NCBI GenBank assembly: GCA_030141605.1
Contig: JAQGDQ010000489.1
Coordinates: 1-64,000, forward strand
Length of the DNA stretch: 64,000 nucleotides
Direction of reading: 5' to 3'
Source: Tubiluchus corallicola
Taxonomy: Eukaryota; Animalia; Priapulida
Made by a program: the position numbers and the translations under genes. The notes beneath the pieces are model-generated. The model did no database searches. It saw nothing but the letters and a program-made list of their open reading frames with translations, and was not told the origin of the DNA. This document shows positions 41,772-55,100 of the stretch, piece by piece; the stretch's first letter is position 1; every line of letters begins with the position of its first letter.

Positions 41772-44160
41772 ACTTTTTTATTTTTTAATATATTAGACAA
41801 TGTGAAAAATAATCTCTAGTTCTAGAAGTTTGGTCGAAATGACCAAAACCAAATACTTAGATTAAATTCACCCCTCTTTTTACATACAATGCTTTTATTA
41901 AGCTTTCTTTTACTAAAAAAAATTACCAATATTACTAATAATTACTAATAATTAAAATTAAAAATTACAGAACGAATGTACAGATGTTCAAAATCACTTC
42001 TTGGGAAAACTGCATTAAAATGGCGACAGTTTCCTTCATTAATGAGCTTTACATGATGACGAAATTTCTGCTGATTTTAATATTGCTATCGTTTGTGGAC
42101 TGTTGTATTTCAGCCTGCGATGAACACACATACCATGAGGAACGTAGCTACTTTTTTATCACTTCTCATCTTGTGCTTGAGCTGATCGAGAGCGACCGAC
42201 TGATGACGACAGAACGTAGCGCAGGCTTGCTTAAACTTCTCACCTGCTTCACCGTCAAACTAAACGAGACAAATTTAATTCAAAATTAAAATTAATTTAA
42301 AATACATATTTCCAATGTTATCTTCAACTTGCTTCCTTTCTGCTATTTGTTAATTACATAAATTAATATGTGCTGCTTGCAAGCCAAAACCGTTCATAAG
42401 TCGGCACAGTGAAAACTATGCTATGATGCTTCAAAGAAGAATGCACCCAAAATTTGGTCAAATGTCAAATTTCTGCTTTTTATGAAAACAAACACTAAAC
42501 ATGTTGGACTTTTACATTCTAGCAGCTAAGATATCTAAAAATTTCATTTTATAACCCCTAAGCACTTCTATGTCATAAAACTAGAACTTCAATTGTGAAA
42601 AACTTGCGTTTTCAAACTCTGATAGCAGTTCGCAGTAGCAATCATTTTGTAGATTTCTGTCGCCAAGCCCAGATCTCCGTCAGGCAGAGCCATCTACTAG
42701 ATTTAAACATAACATCAATGTGTTCTTGCAAAGTCCATACGTTGGGTTGCTAAGTGTTTTGCAGAAATGCGACAAAAAACAATGGCTAACTTTAACAGTG
42801 ATTTTCTCAAGATTATGTTTTTCAGTGTGTAGCCTGCACCTCAACTTCAACATGGATTATTTCAGCTTAAAAATAACATATCAGCAATCAGCTATAAAAA
42901 TAGCAATCAGTACGGTATGAAAATGATCCTCATGGGAGATTCGGGAAGTGCGAGTAACCAGAAATGCTTAATTGCCGACTTATGAACGTTTTTGCTATGC
43001 AAGCAGACATAAGACGCATAAGTAAAGTGAAGAAGATAGCATGCATGACCACTCATATACCCATCTTAAGTTTATTTTTGTTAGATAAAACGATTCGACA
43101 ACACACTGGGAACTTAGCACTATTTTAGTCTATGATAAAGTTGCAGACTTAGTTAATCTTTAGTCAAGACCATGTTTTGTTTGTGAGAAATTTCTTGATT
43201 TTCTTTTACACGAAGAGGTCTAAAAGGGCAATATTTTTTGAAGCTGTGATAGCACACTATTTGTCGGTGTTTTCAAAAAAGACACGTTTTGCAACATAAT
43301 CTCTCCTTCCCTTTTACGACTCTTTCGCAAACACGCGCATAGCAATGTTCAAATGTTGACATTACGTACAAATGACAGCATCATTTCACCGATGTCGCCG
43401 ACGATTCGTTCCCGCCTCCGTCTTTCTTTCATCGCTATATTGAGCGAACCTATAAAGAAAAGAATTTAACTAATTATTTATTAAAAAGTTACCAAACCAT
43501 CATGTTTAACTAATACACAGCATCAGCTACTCCCAGCTTTATGTAACCTCTACCATCGCAATTTACATCAGAATTGCTTTTTTCCTCATTTGCAAAAAAA
43601 TTTTTTGGTGAAAGTTCTGTGATCTATACGCCATGGTCAAAATGACTTAATGTCTGGAGGGTTTGAAATAAAACAGGATGACGTTTCAAGGTTATATCTT
43701 GTTTTAAAATATTTGTGATGCTTAAACATTAGCTCAGAAACTTAATTGATGAGCAGGTGATGACGATGATAAATCTTTATTTGCACTACACAACACACAC
43801 ACATGCGCTCGCGCACTCACACGCACACGCACACACACACACACGGCCTCTATTTGCAGGCCGATATTTCTGCACTGTATCAAGATATAAGCGTATATGT
43901 ACATATTATACAACACGGTCAATTACAATTATGTCCATAATACATGTACCACAAACTTGCTTATAAAACCTCTTAGCAATTATTTATAATAATTAAGGTC
44001 CATAATAACAGAATTCATTCACTGGGATTATTTAGAATACACTATCACGAAAGTATTAAAAATGACAAACTTTTCTACATGCACGATTTACTTACAAATA
44101 TATAAGAACAAGGACTTTTGATAAATTTTGCGATAAATCGAGGATAAATTTTGCCAGAGT

Positions 44161-44192
<32 letters not shown>

Positions 44193-47100
44193 TATATATA
44201 TGTGTGTGTGTATGTATGTATATAAATATCTATACATATGTGTGCGTGAGCTAAAATTTATATTGTCCCCTTACAAACTGATAAGATAAATCTGTCTCTC
44301 GCAATATTGACTAGAGCTTTATTTAATGCATCTATTTTTTTAAAAATACACTGCTTATGTCTTCCCCCTGCAAGGTTTCTGTGGTGTTTTGTTCGGTTAG
44401 CGCCTACTTTGCTGCATCTGTATGCTAGGTGCTCAGGTGTTTGAATGACAACCAGCGAGCTAACGATGACATTGAAAGTAAACACGCTGTATGAAAAAAA
44501 ACACATTTCCCTTTTAATATTTTAGACTGCAGACCACGAATCATTTTGAACTATGGGCAAAAATTTGTTACTGTTGTTCTTCAAGTTCATAAACAATACG
44601 TAAAAGCAAGAGAGAAAGACGTCTTTAATTCATATTTCTAAAATATAATGAACGCCATTTTCATGGTGAAAATTGTGGCCAATTGCAAAATTGTTTTAAA
44701 ACGTTAATAATGCAACAAAAAGGAAAAACGACTACAAACTACCTTAAAATAAGATAAGATATATTTATTTATCTCCTGCAAGTTTAACAGTACACTCTGA
44801 TGTTTTTAAATTCACTAAAATGAAAAATATTTTGTAGTGTAGAACGAAATACAATTACAATGCAGTGTGGAGAAAGCGTGGCGAACGAAAATACGGCCAG
44901 TAAGTCAGCCATCGTTATTTTAGAAATTTTGCAGTTTTCATACACGGCTGGATAAGTTGCTGGTTGTGAAATTTATTTCTTAAAATTCATAAAGATCCTG
45001 AACGCTTTGACACGGTAAAATAATGATAGTTTCTCAATATGAGATCTGAATAATAAACAAAAGCGCAATTAAAAATTGACAAAATAAAGCAAAACCAGAA
45101 CTAATTGACGTAATGTGATTTTAAGCTAGTAAAGCTAGTAAACTTAATAAACTTGTGAAATGAGAAACAGTTTTATTACCGTGATACCGAAGCATTTCTT
45201 CTATATTTGGAAACAGCAGCATCCGCAATTCTCTTGGAATGACGTTCTCCATGGGCATGTAGAAAACTTTCTGAAGCACCTTGAGGTTTCGCACGTGAGT
45301 ACGTTCAGTGTGGAACAGTTCTGTGTGAAATTGAAAGAACGCAGTTACAATTTAGTAATAAAAAACGAGGAACGTATTAAAGACGTGTAACACGCTGTTT
45401 CGTATAACATATATAACTCGTTTAAAGAATATAATTTTTTTATATTTGAATTCAAGCAACCACCGTGCATAATGCAGAGGCTGTCTTACCTTTCCAAGGT
45501 AATTTATTTAGCCAGGTTCTAAAGTTAGGGGGAGCAATTCTCTTCGTTGGTTACATTAAGGCACCAATAATAACAAACGTTCACTAGGCTTTTACAATGC
45601 ACTCAGGGGCGTAGCCAGGTTCTAAAGTTAGGGGGAGCAATTTTCTTTGTTAGTTACATCAAGGCACCAATAGTAACAAACGTTCACTAGGCTTTTACAA
45701 TGCACTCAGGGGCGTATCCAGGTTCTAAAGTCAGGGGGTGCAAGCACTTAAACAAAGGCAACGTGACACAAACCAAACAATTTTTAACGCATTTATTATA
45801 CATGTTAATTTTGTGTTTAAAATCAAAACATGAAGAAGAGGCAGTTTTTAAGGGAAGTACATAAATAAAATATTGACCCCAGAAAATTCTTCTAAGACCA
45901 ATGGATTAAAAAAATTAAGAAAAAATTTGACTTTTATCGCACAAGTGAACTAAACAGTTTAAAAAAACTGTTGAAAAGGTGCCAGCTCTATTCGGGGAGA
46001 CATGTGTTCAGGGAGAGGTTGCTCTCCTAGTTCCCCTATTAGCTATGCCACTGACTGCACTCCTGAACGTTAGAATACGTTAGAGTAAAGCTAACCGTTA
46101 GCAACAGCTATTTCGTGGCTTCCTGCTGCTGCAGTTTGGCTACTGCATACAGGTAGGAATTGCAGCATCCATAATTAAAGCTAATTAAAGGCTAATTAAG
46201 ATGATTTTCTTTTTAAGTACGAATCTGGTTTTCCTTTTTCAACAATAATTGCTCATTTTTTAGCCCCTCGACATCCCTTCTAGCTGGGGATTCGAACCCT
46301 CTTAGGAGGCACTGGCATTTGGGGAGGAGAGTTGAGCAACAGCATCAGAACGTCTGTCTAAAATTTTCAAACAACACGTTCAACTATCGTACCGTTTATC
46401 ACATCTTGCCGCTTGACCTCTTTTGGCTTCATCCGTCGCACCTGATCCTTGTCGCAGAGGTGCTTCCAGTTGGGAGGGTCGGGTTCAGCCTCCAAGTCCG
46501 AATCCGATTCCTCCCTGACGGAACTCATTGCCGCTGCATCCGCAGTTGACTGAGCTTTGTTCATGGCTTCAAGCGACGTACTAGGACTGTCCAGGCTCCT
46601 GCAATGGATAAACAAGTCAATGTGGTACAAAATTGATCACAGGTTAGCCATTAACCCTTTCAGTCCCAAATTATTTTTTTAATAAGAAAACAATTTTTGG
46701 CTTGGTACTTTTGTTCAGTATGTCCATCTTGTTTACACATAATAATTATTTTTTTCTACCTGTGCCCGCGTGGAAAATATAGCCTGTATCCCGCGGGATA
46801 CATTGGGATTCAATGGAAGCATAAAATGTGCTTCATTTTGCAACTGCTGATAATTTTTTAAAATATTTAAGACATTTAGTATGCATGCTATGCTGATCTG
46901 TACGAAGTCGTTTCTAAAGTACTGTACCTTGCTCAGTTTTTTGTGCTATGTAGATTTTCTAGTTTGCCATTTTATCACCATTTTTAGTCTATTGTTATTG
47001 GCTTAAATCAAAATAACTATTAACAGATCAAATAACTGTCAGTTTTAAAATTTTATTAATTTTAAAAGCAGAAAATATTCTCGTACCCCATGGGATACAA

Positions 47101-48799
47101 CGGGTATGAAAGGGTTAAAATCACTAAATTTGGCAAAATCTTGAGACCTCTTCCGCGTACACTCTAAAGCAACAGCCAAAAGCACTGGGCGCCATTTACT
47201 AGACTCAAGGTTAATAGAAACAGCTTTTTTAAGTGACTCAAAAACATCCGATAAGGGTCGCTTCTAATCAGTAAAACTTTCAGCAATTACCAGAAATATC
47301 TAGCATGGTAGCCTCGCATTTTTGATTTGAATCAGAGACCTACTTGTCTACTGACATTAACCTCGTAATCCAAGAATTTTATGCAGACTAAACTTTTCAT
47401 AACTTGCCTAGCAGTTTCCTTTTGAAGCTCTTTGCTGGCTGCTATTCTCAGAACGTTTAACCAGTTAACTGTCGTTGTGACTGTTATGCCACCGATGCAG
47501 CGGCAGTAATCTGCTAGTATTGTGGAAGTTGTAATTGTACATTATAATTAGGTGCTGCCATCTATGAACTAATCCTATTACATTCTACCAGCTACTTACC
47601 CCCCCGTATAATTGTACGGTCCAGTGAATGTTCTCCTAAGTAAGTAATGGTTTTTAAGTAATGGTTTTTGTGAAGCCTGTCTGCATAGGTCACCTATACC
47701 TACATTTACTGACTGGTTTTGCTTTCTAGTCACTCTCACTCTCACTCTCAGTGCAGCGCAGCAGTCGTGCTACTCATGTGTCCGTAGTTAATAAACACTT
47801 TTCTGCGCAAATATGTAGTATAGTTTTTTATTCTTGTTCATACTTCTGTGCCTAAACTCAATTCAACAAAGTGAGTGATCTATAACTTCAAACATGACTT
47901 TCACAAGTATCTTTGTGACTTTACAAGAGTAAACATCATTGAGTAACTAAGGGATGGAGTTAAGTTTGAAAAATACGATACAGCATAAGCATAAAGATCT
48001 AATACTATAAACTCTTACAGCCTTTGCAGTGCGCACTAAGCTGAAGAGTGACCATTAGCATCTACATCCGTCGGCTAACCGATTCAGTCGGTTAATTGGG
48101 TAAAAAAAACTTCCATTCCAAAGTGAATCTATTAAGCGGTGTCTACTGTATAAGCAAAAACAATCACCAACATCACTCACCTCATAGAAAGACTGGAAGC
48201 TGATGAACTCCCAGAGATGTTAACAGGATGCTCCGCATCCGCGTCTCCGCCTAAGCGGGACAGCGCAGGATCGCTCTTTTTCCGCATTGCGGGTTTACTC
48301 TTCTCCTTCTCTGATTTGAGGCTCTCGGAGCGCTGCAGATTCGAGGTGGATCCATTGCTAGGTTGCGTTACACGCAGTCCACTGTTTACGGAAGATGAAA
48401 CATTGAAAATGATCATATTTGGAAGCGAAGAGTATTTTACTGTAATAATTCTAACAAATCTCTAACATAGTAACGTTAGATATTCTAACATACCTAACAT
48501 AACATATCTGATAGATGTAACAAATAAAAACCCCATGCACAATACAACACATACATTAGCAACTTCACAAGCCAGACACTTACACAGTAAAAAAAAATTA
48601 TATATGGAAAAATGGCTTCATATTTTTAAAATTACATTTGAGCACATTTAAACTGCCACGGCAAGTCAGTAAACTCTCACGACACACCAGTAGGAAACAT
48701 TTCGGATAGCAATAAACATCCGATACTATATTGTACAGTGATCATTTCTGTACCTTTCTATCCTCTAATCTCTCTCTGTCTCTCTCTCCTCTCTCCTCT

Positions 48800-48877
<78 letters not shown>

Positions 48878-48888
48878 CCTCTCTCTCT

Positions 48889-48968
<80 letters not shown>

Positions 48969-48982
48969 CCTTCTCTCTCTCT

Positions 48983-49066
<84 letters not shown>

Positions 49067-49107
49067 TTCTCTCTCTTTCTATCTCTATTTCTCTATGTCT
49101 CTTCCTT

Positions 49108-49193
<86 letters not shown>

Positions 49194-52100
49194 TCTCCTC
49201 TCCTCTCTCTCTGTCTCTCTCTTTCTTTTAAACATTGCAATAGCAATAGCCACCTCGCATCAATTTTAATTTAAGACATGAACAACAATTTATAATGTGA
49301 GAATAAGTGGAGAGACTTGGCTTTAACTCAGGCACAAATATAATAGGTACAAACCACCTAGCTTATGTTTCTTTATTCAGTTAATCAAGAAGTATATAAA
49401 TAGGTTTTCATTTTCTACCAAGACGTTAATATCATCTTAACACATAACAGCAGTTTAACTATAAAGTAGCTACAGAGACACGAGTGGTACAAAAATAAAG
49501 AAGCATTCATAGCTGTCAGTTTGAATTAGATTAAATGCAATGGAATTGAGCACATGCACACGCTAATAAAAAAATATATTATATTAAAAATTACTGCAAA
49601 AATTCACTGAAAAACTGTTGTCATGGAAGCAAAAATAAATAAATGGCAAGTTTTTTTTCAGTAAAACTCACAAACAAGCACACTGTTTTAGTGAGTCATC
49701 AAAAACAATGGAGAAAGTGAAAAATCACCGAATAAAACTAACAAATAAATTTAAATGTCCATTTAAATCATACTGGACCGGCGGTCAGCCAGCAGAAAAA
49801 CGATTAAAAAGAAATTAAAGTCAAACAAAGAAAATAAGCGGCAAAACAAAGTTAGCAAGCAGGTTAAGCACATACCCATACAACTTCGTACCATCCACAT
49901 GCTGAGCGGACACATAACCGCCACCCTTGCGATACTCTTTCACCCACCTTCTCTCCGACGGGCTGCTCGGTGACTCGACCGGAGAAGCGACCGGAGCCTC
50001 CTCCGTCACCCGCCCCATTGCGTTGTTGCTTGTCTCGTACTTTTCTCGCAGTTTCTCCACGCGGCTCCGCACGGCCATGTCTGCAATGACGACGAACTTT
50101 GGAATGAAAAGTAATTTCGTATTTTGTTTGTATTTACCTTCCTACGATGTTTACCAATCAAATATAACTATCTAAATAAAATCACATCACACAGGTGCAC
50201 GATTTCATGCAGACAGCATCAGGTTTCAGTGTTTGCAAATTTCGGAAGTGTACGCAAGTGACATCTCTTTCGAATTTAGAAACCATCTAAAAGTTTCTTG
50301 AGCAAAATACTACATCCTTTTAAACAATGTAAGGACAAATTTACTACTAATTGGCTAGATGAGTTGTTTGTTACGTACGATGCACTACCGGTGTTGTGGA
50401 AATTGTAACTGTATATTTTTAGGTGCTGCCATCTATTAACTAATCCTTTTACATTTTACTAGCTAAACTCACCCCTAGTATACTTGTAGGGTCCAGTGAA
50501 TATGCATATTCACTGGATCTCTCCCTATTTTACAGTAATGGTTTTTGTGAAGCCAAGTTTGCATAATTACCTATACCTATATATACTGACTGGATTTACA
50601 TTCTAGTCACTGTCTCACTCTCAGTGCAGTGCAGCAGTCGTGATACTCATGTTACTTACAGTCTAACTCTCAGTGATCAGTGCAGGACACTCTTGTTCTC
50701 AGTGTTCAGTGTAGCAGTCATTCTACATATGTATGTGTAGTCTAATAAACGCTTTTCAGTTTTGTGCAGATATGTAGTATAGTATTTTATTCTTTTTCTA
50801 CAAAGTGATTCAACTACAACTTCAAACATGACTTTCACAGGTGTAATCCATGAATCTGCCATCTATATGCAAATACGTTTTGAAGCTAAAAAAATTTGAA
50901 CTGTAAAACTCACACGTTGCAAGCAGATGCCGTTAGCAGAAGATGTTTGCAAAAGGTGTGGCATACTTTGTTAGTTCAATCTTTTAAACTTCTAAATACT
51001 CCATAAAACTTTAGTTCACACAAGGCCGCTACTAACACCCGTGTATTGACAGAGCTACAAAGTAAGTGCCAGTATCTGGAGGTAATATGGCAAATCTTTA
51101 TCAGACTGTGAAATAACTTCATCTTCACCAATAACAAGTGACTCATTTAAAGATAATTCTACAACTACAATTGAACATGCAGGGGCAGTGAGTAGTACAA
51201 AGACAGTGTTCGGGGTAGTCTCTCATCCAGATACCATCCGCCATTAACAATCCTCACTACCAGCTACTCCGTCCCCTAATTCGTTAATGCAACTCATACT
51301 CTTACAATACGTAAATATAGAACACTATTAACTTATCACTTCTGAACTTCGCAATATTATTTGTTGACACTTGAAACGCACAGTGAAATTAAGACACATT
51401 TTAAAGGACTGGTGCTCAAACAGACGCCGATAGAACTCTGTCTCCTTCATAATCCTTCTAGAAGTATTTCATTGACAAACAAGTAATAGTCAGAAAAAAT
51501 TTGTGGTAAAAAACGAAGTAAAACAGTTGGCATATGGATAATTTCTACAGGGTGTTCCATTTTTTCTACGCACATCAGCACATTTCTACTGCACTGTTTT
51601 TTTTAAACAGCCTGTATGTTGTTACAATAATGATCGAGTCTTGTGGTTGTCATTAAATTAATGTTGTTCAGCAATTTTAATATGACAATATATCAGCACA
51701 CTTCTACCGCACCGTTTTTTTTTAAACAGCCGGTATGTTCTTACAATAATGATCGAGTCTTGTGGTTCGCATTAAATTTTTGTTGTTCAGCAATTTTAAT
51801 ATTTACAATATTACCTTTTTCAACAGATTCTTGGCGATGCAATGGTACAAAGGAACGAACTGTGTCGTCGTCAGCAGGTGGAGTCTTCTGCTCTGGTATT
51901 ACCGCCTCTCGCTCTTTCTCCTCGAAGATTTGTTTGGCGCGAACAACTGAATAAGATGGAGTCACTGTAGCCAAAAATAGACAAAAAAAACGAAAATGCA
52001 ACAAACAGAAAAGCCAACCACCAGCGACTGTGCACACCTAAAAGTTTGTGCGGATAAAAACTAACGTAGCAACTAAAGCTGAACACGTGCCGCTGTGTGC

Positions 52101-55100
52101 CATCAACGAAACCAGAAAAAGAACTCCATATACCATCAATAAAGATGAATCATAAGAGAACAAAACTGCTAATATCAGTTCAAACCATTGTAAAATATTA
52201 TATTTTCAGAAGAATTACTATGTCAACAAATGGCAGTCACCAGTAATGCATAACTTGATATTTTTTGAGACAACGAGTACAACACCTACGAACAATAAAA
52301 TGTTAGAAGTTTCACAGTAAGCAGGTACAGGCTGATACAGGACAGGATACGGTGCATACATTGCCATTTCCTGTAATTGTAATCTTCCTGAGTCGTATCA
52401 CTGCGACAGTTTAAGTTTACGGTTAGGGTTTAGGTTGGGTTAGTGTTGAAAATATTTAAAAAAAAAACACAATTTTAAAAAGGAATCCAACTAGAAATTT
52501 CTATTTCACATTAATTCCGATATCAACATTCAAGTTCAATTTTTCAGGCGTTTAATTATATTTACTTACCAGCAGAATTAAATATATAATTTATTTTATT
52601 TATTTGTATGTAAAAATTTATTTAACATAACATAATATATGTAGGTTTGAGAAAGTCGATTGCACCAATTTACACAAACACGCATCTTTACGAAATTGTT
52701 GCAAACACAGCCATATAAAGATTAATTCTGCACAAGCAAAAACTAGCAGTAACACCAAAACAGTGCTAAATTAGTGCTAAAACAGTGCTAAATTAGTGCT
52801 AAAACACATTTTAAGCTACCGGGTCGTACTCACCAGCTGTGGGATTATTATTCACGTTGCTGGACTTGCGGAATATGATCTTATCGACTAGGGTACTACG
52901 TCTGTCTGCTTTCTTGTCTTTCTTATCGCGGCGCAGATGTACGCCCACGCATTCTTCCTGTATGCTGTCCATACAGCCTTTGTGCACGTTAAAATCACAA
53001 TCTGAAAGAGCAGCCAGGTAAATTGCTAAAGTGCGTTATAAAAAGAGCCTACAAAGTCGAACAGCTTATATAGATTCGCAAAACTCCAGCTAAAATCATG
53101 GTCAATGTTAAAGGAAGACAGGATTCATATACTACCCCATTTTCAAATCCTGTAAAAAGCATACATTTTAACACAAGTAATACTGCAAAAGCATTTTTGA
53201 TAATTAAATTATAGATTAAAAACTTAATTAATGGCAGGCGAGCTCAACTGATGACATCACAAACTAACATAATTTTCAACAGCAAAAATATTCCATGAGC
53301 GTGTTGCACGTGTTTGTGAAAGAGAAAATTGAAGTACAGTGCTACTGTAAGATATGCAGTGTGTTGGACTAAAGCTAGGCAAGTTTTAAGATAAAAATTC
53401 AAATTTCAAATTTACCACTGTACTCACACATGAGCTGTCAAATGTGTGTAGTTCTTCACAAACCAAACTAACACATCAGAACTGAGAGGTACAGCACATG
53501 TTTTTTGTGCAATGTGTTTCCAGAATGCAGGTACTAGTGCCCGTGTAACTAGCGAATGGCGAAATGCATGTAACAGCAAAGAAATAGTAGCGCGAACGCA
53601 AAACTGTGTTTGTGTGGTAATAATTCTTTCATGTAAGTCATTTTTGAAAAAACAATACGTTTCCTTTCAATATTTTAAAAAATAGATTATCTTGACCTAC
53701 AGTTTAAGATTGAGTCCGGTTTTCCTTTAAGTGTCTGACATGTTAGCTCGACGATGTTCTAATTTTGAGTCGGGTTACTTTTGAAAATAGTTCTCTTACA
53801 TTTAGTGCTAAAATTCTGAATGTGTGAAAAAACAACAATATTGTGTAAATAACTTTAAGTAATAAATAATATGGTAGCATTAAGAAAATATAGCCTAATA
53901 GACTTCATCATTTTCATTTATTTTATTTAATGTTTGACAACAATGCGTAAAGGAAAACCGGACGATTGTGTAGACATGAGTTCAAAATAAAGTATGCACT
54001 AAAATATTGAAAACTACAATAGCTTTTCCTAAATCAAAACTTAGATTAAATTAAAATTATGTCTGATAGTTAAATTTTGTTAAACTTTCAAAGCTACACG
54101 CGGCTCAGTGAATTCACTGAGACAGGCAATGGCACTTTTTTCACATTCGCGCAATCGACAAATGGGCGCGGTACCGTGACAAGCATGATCATCAACTGCA
54201 GTGTTCATCTGTGACGTCAGTGTGACATAGAGCTCATTTCGTGATATCACATCACATCAGAGTTTTATAGCAATTTTCATTTACGCAAAAGTGCTTGACG
54301 CGCAGAGAAGATGCCTACCATTGCTGAAATTGTGGTTAGTTTGTGACGTAAGCGACAGCTGTGTTCGGATGCTGTTAATTAACTTTCCAAGGTAATTATT
54401 CGAGTATTAGAAATAACTGCTAACTTTTATAGGCAAGAAAATGTATATATTTTGGAGAGTAAATTAAAATGAGATCGAGTCTAATAGCTGATAGCTGGAA
54501 CATTTGCCTTAAAAAAAGCTGAAAAGAATAGAATTAGAATTAGAATCAGAATTAGTTTATTCGCCGTAATGATTTCACATAACATAAGTAGGCAACGATA
54601 ACTATATAATTAACGAAATTAAAATTTAACTACAAAACAAAAAATCATATACAGAGGGCAAATTTCTTTACCGAATCAACAAAAATATCGCGTTTTAATG
54701 TAGGGGTACAATAGTTCTTCACTCATATGTCTTAACATAACACATCTCCAACAATATTTCATTAACGACGTTAAATTTGGGGAGTGCATAAGGTTACAAA
54801 TGCTAGAAAAGTTCAACTCAGAATGTTCAATTCGTAAATCTTCTGTCACCGGACATCTCAATAAGACGTGGGCTTCTGTTTGAACTCCACATGTATATAA
54901 TCTGTCTTCTCTCGGTATTCTGGACCAACGTAAGACAACACGAACATATTTCTGGACAGACATTTTATAGTTGTGTTATAAAACAAGATACGACTGCAAA
55001 ATGAATTCAAGGCTCTATACTTACTATCACATTTCCAGCCCTGGAAGCCTATTCCCCATAAAATGCTGTAACAAACTTGACAGTAGGTGACTACGTTGAA

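Noticed and set aside
52421-52443. Telomeric TTAGGG repeat
   Set aside because: Only a few degenerate units in an intron, more likely part of a repeat element.
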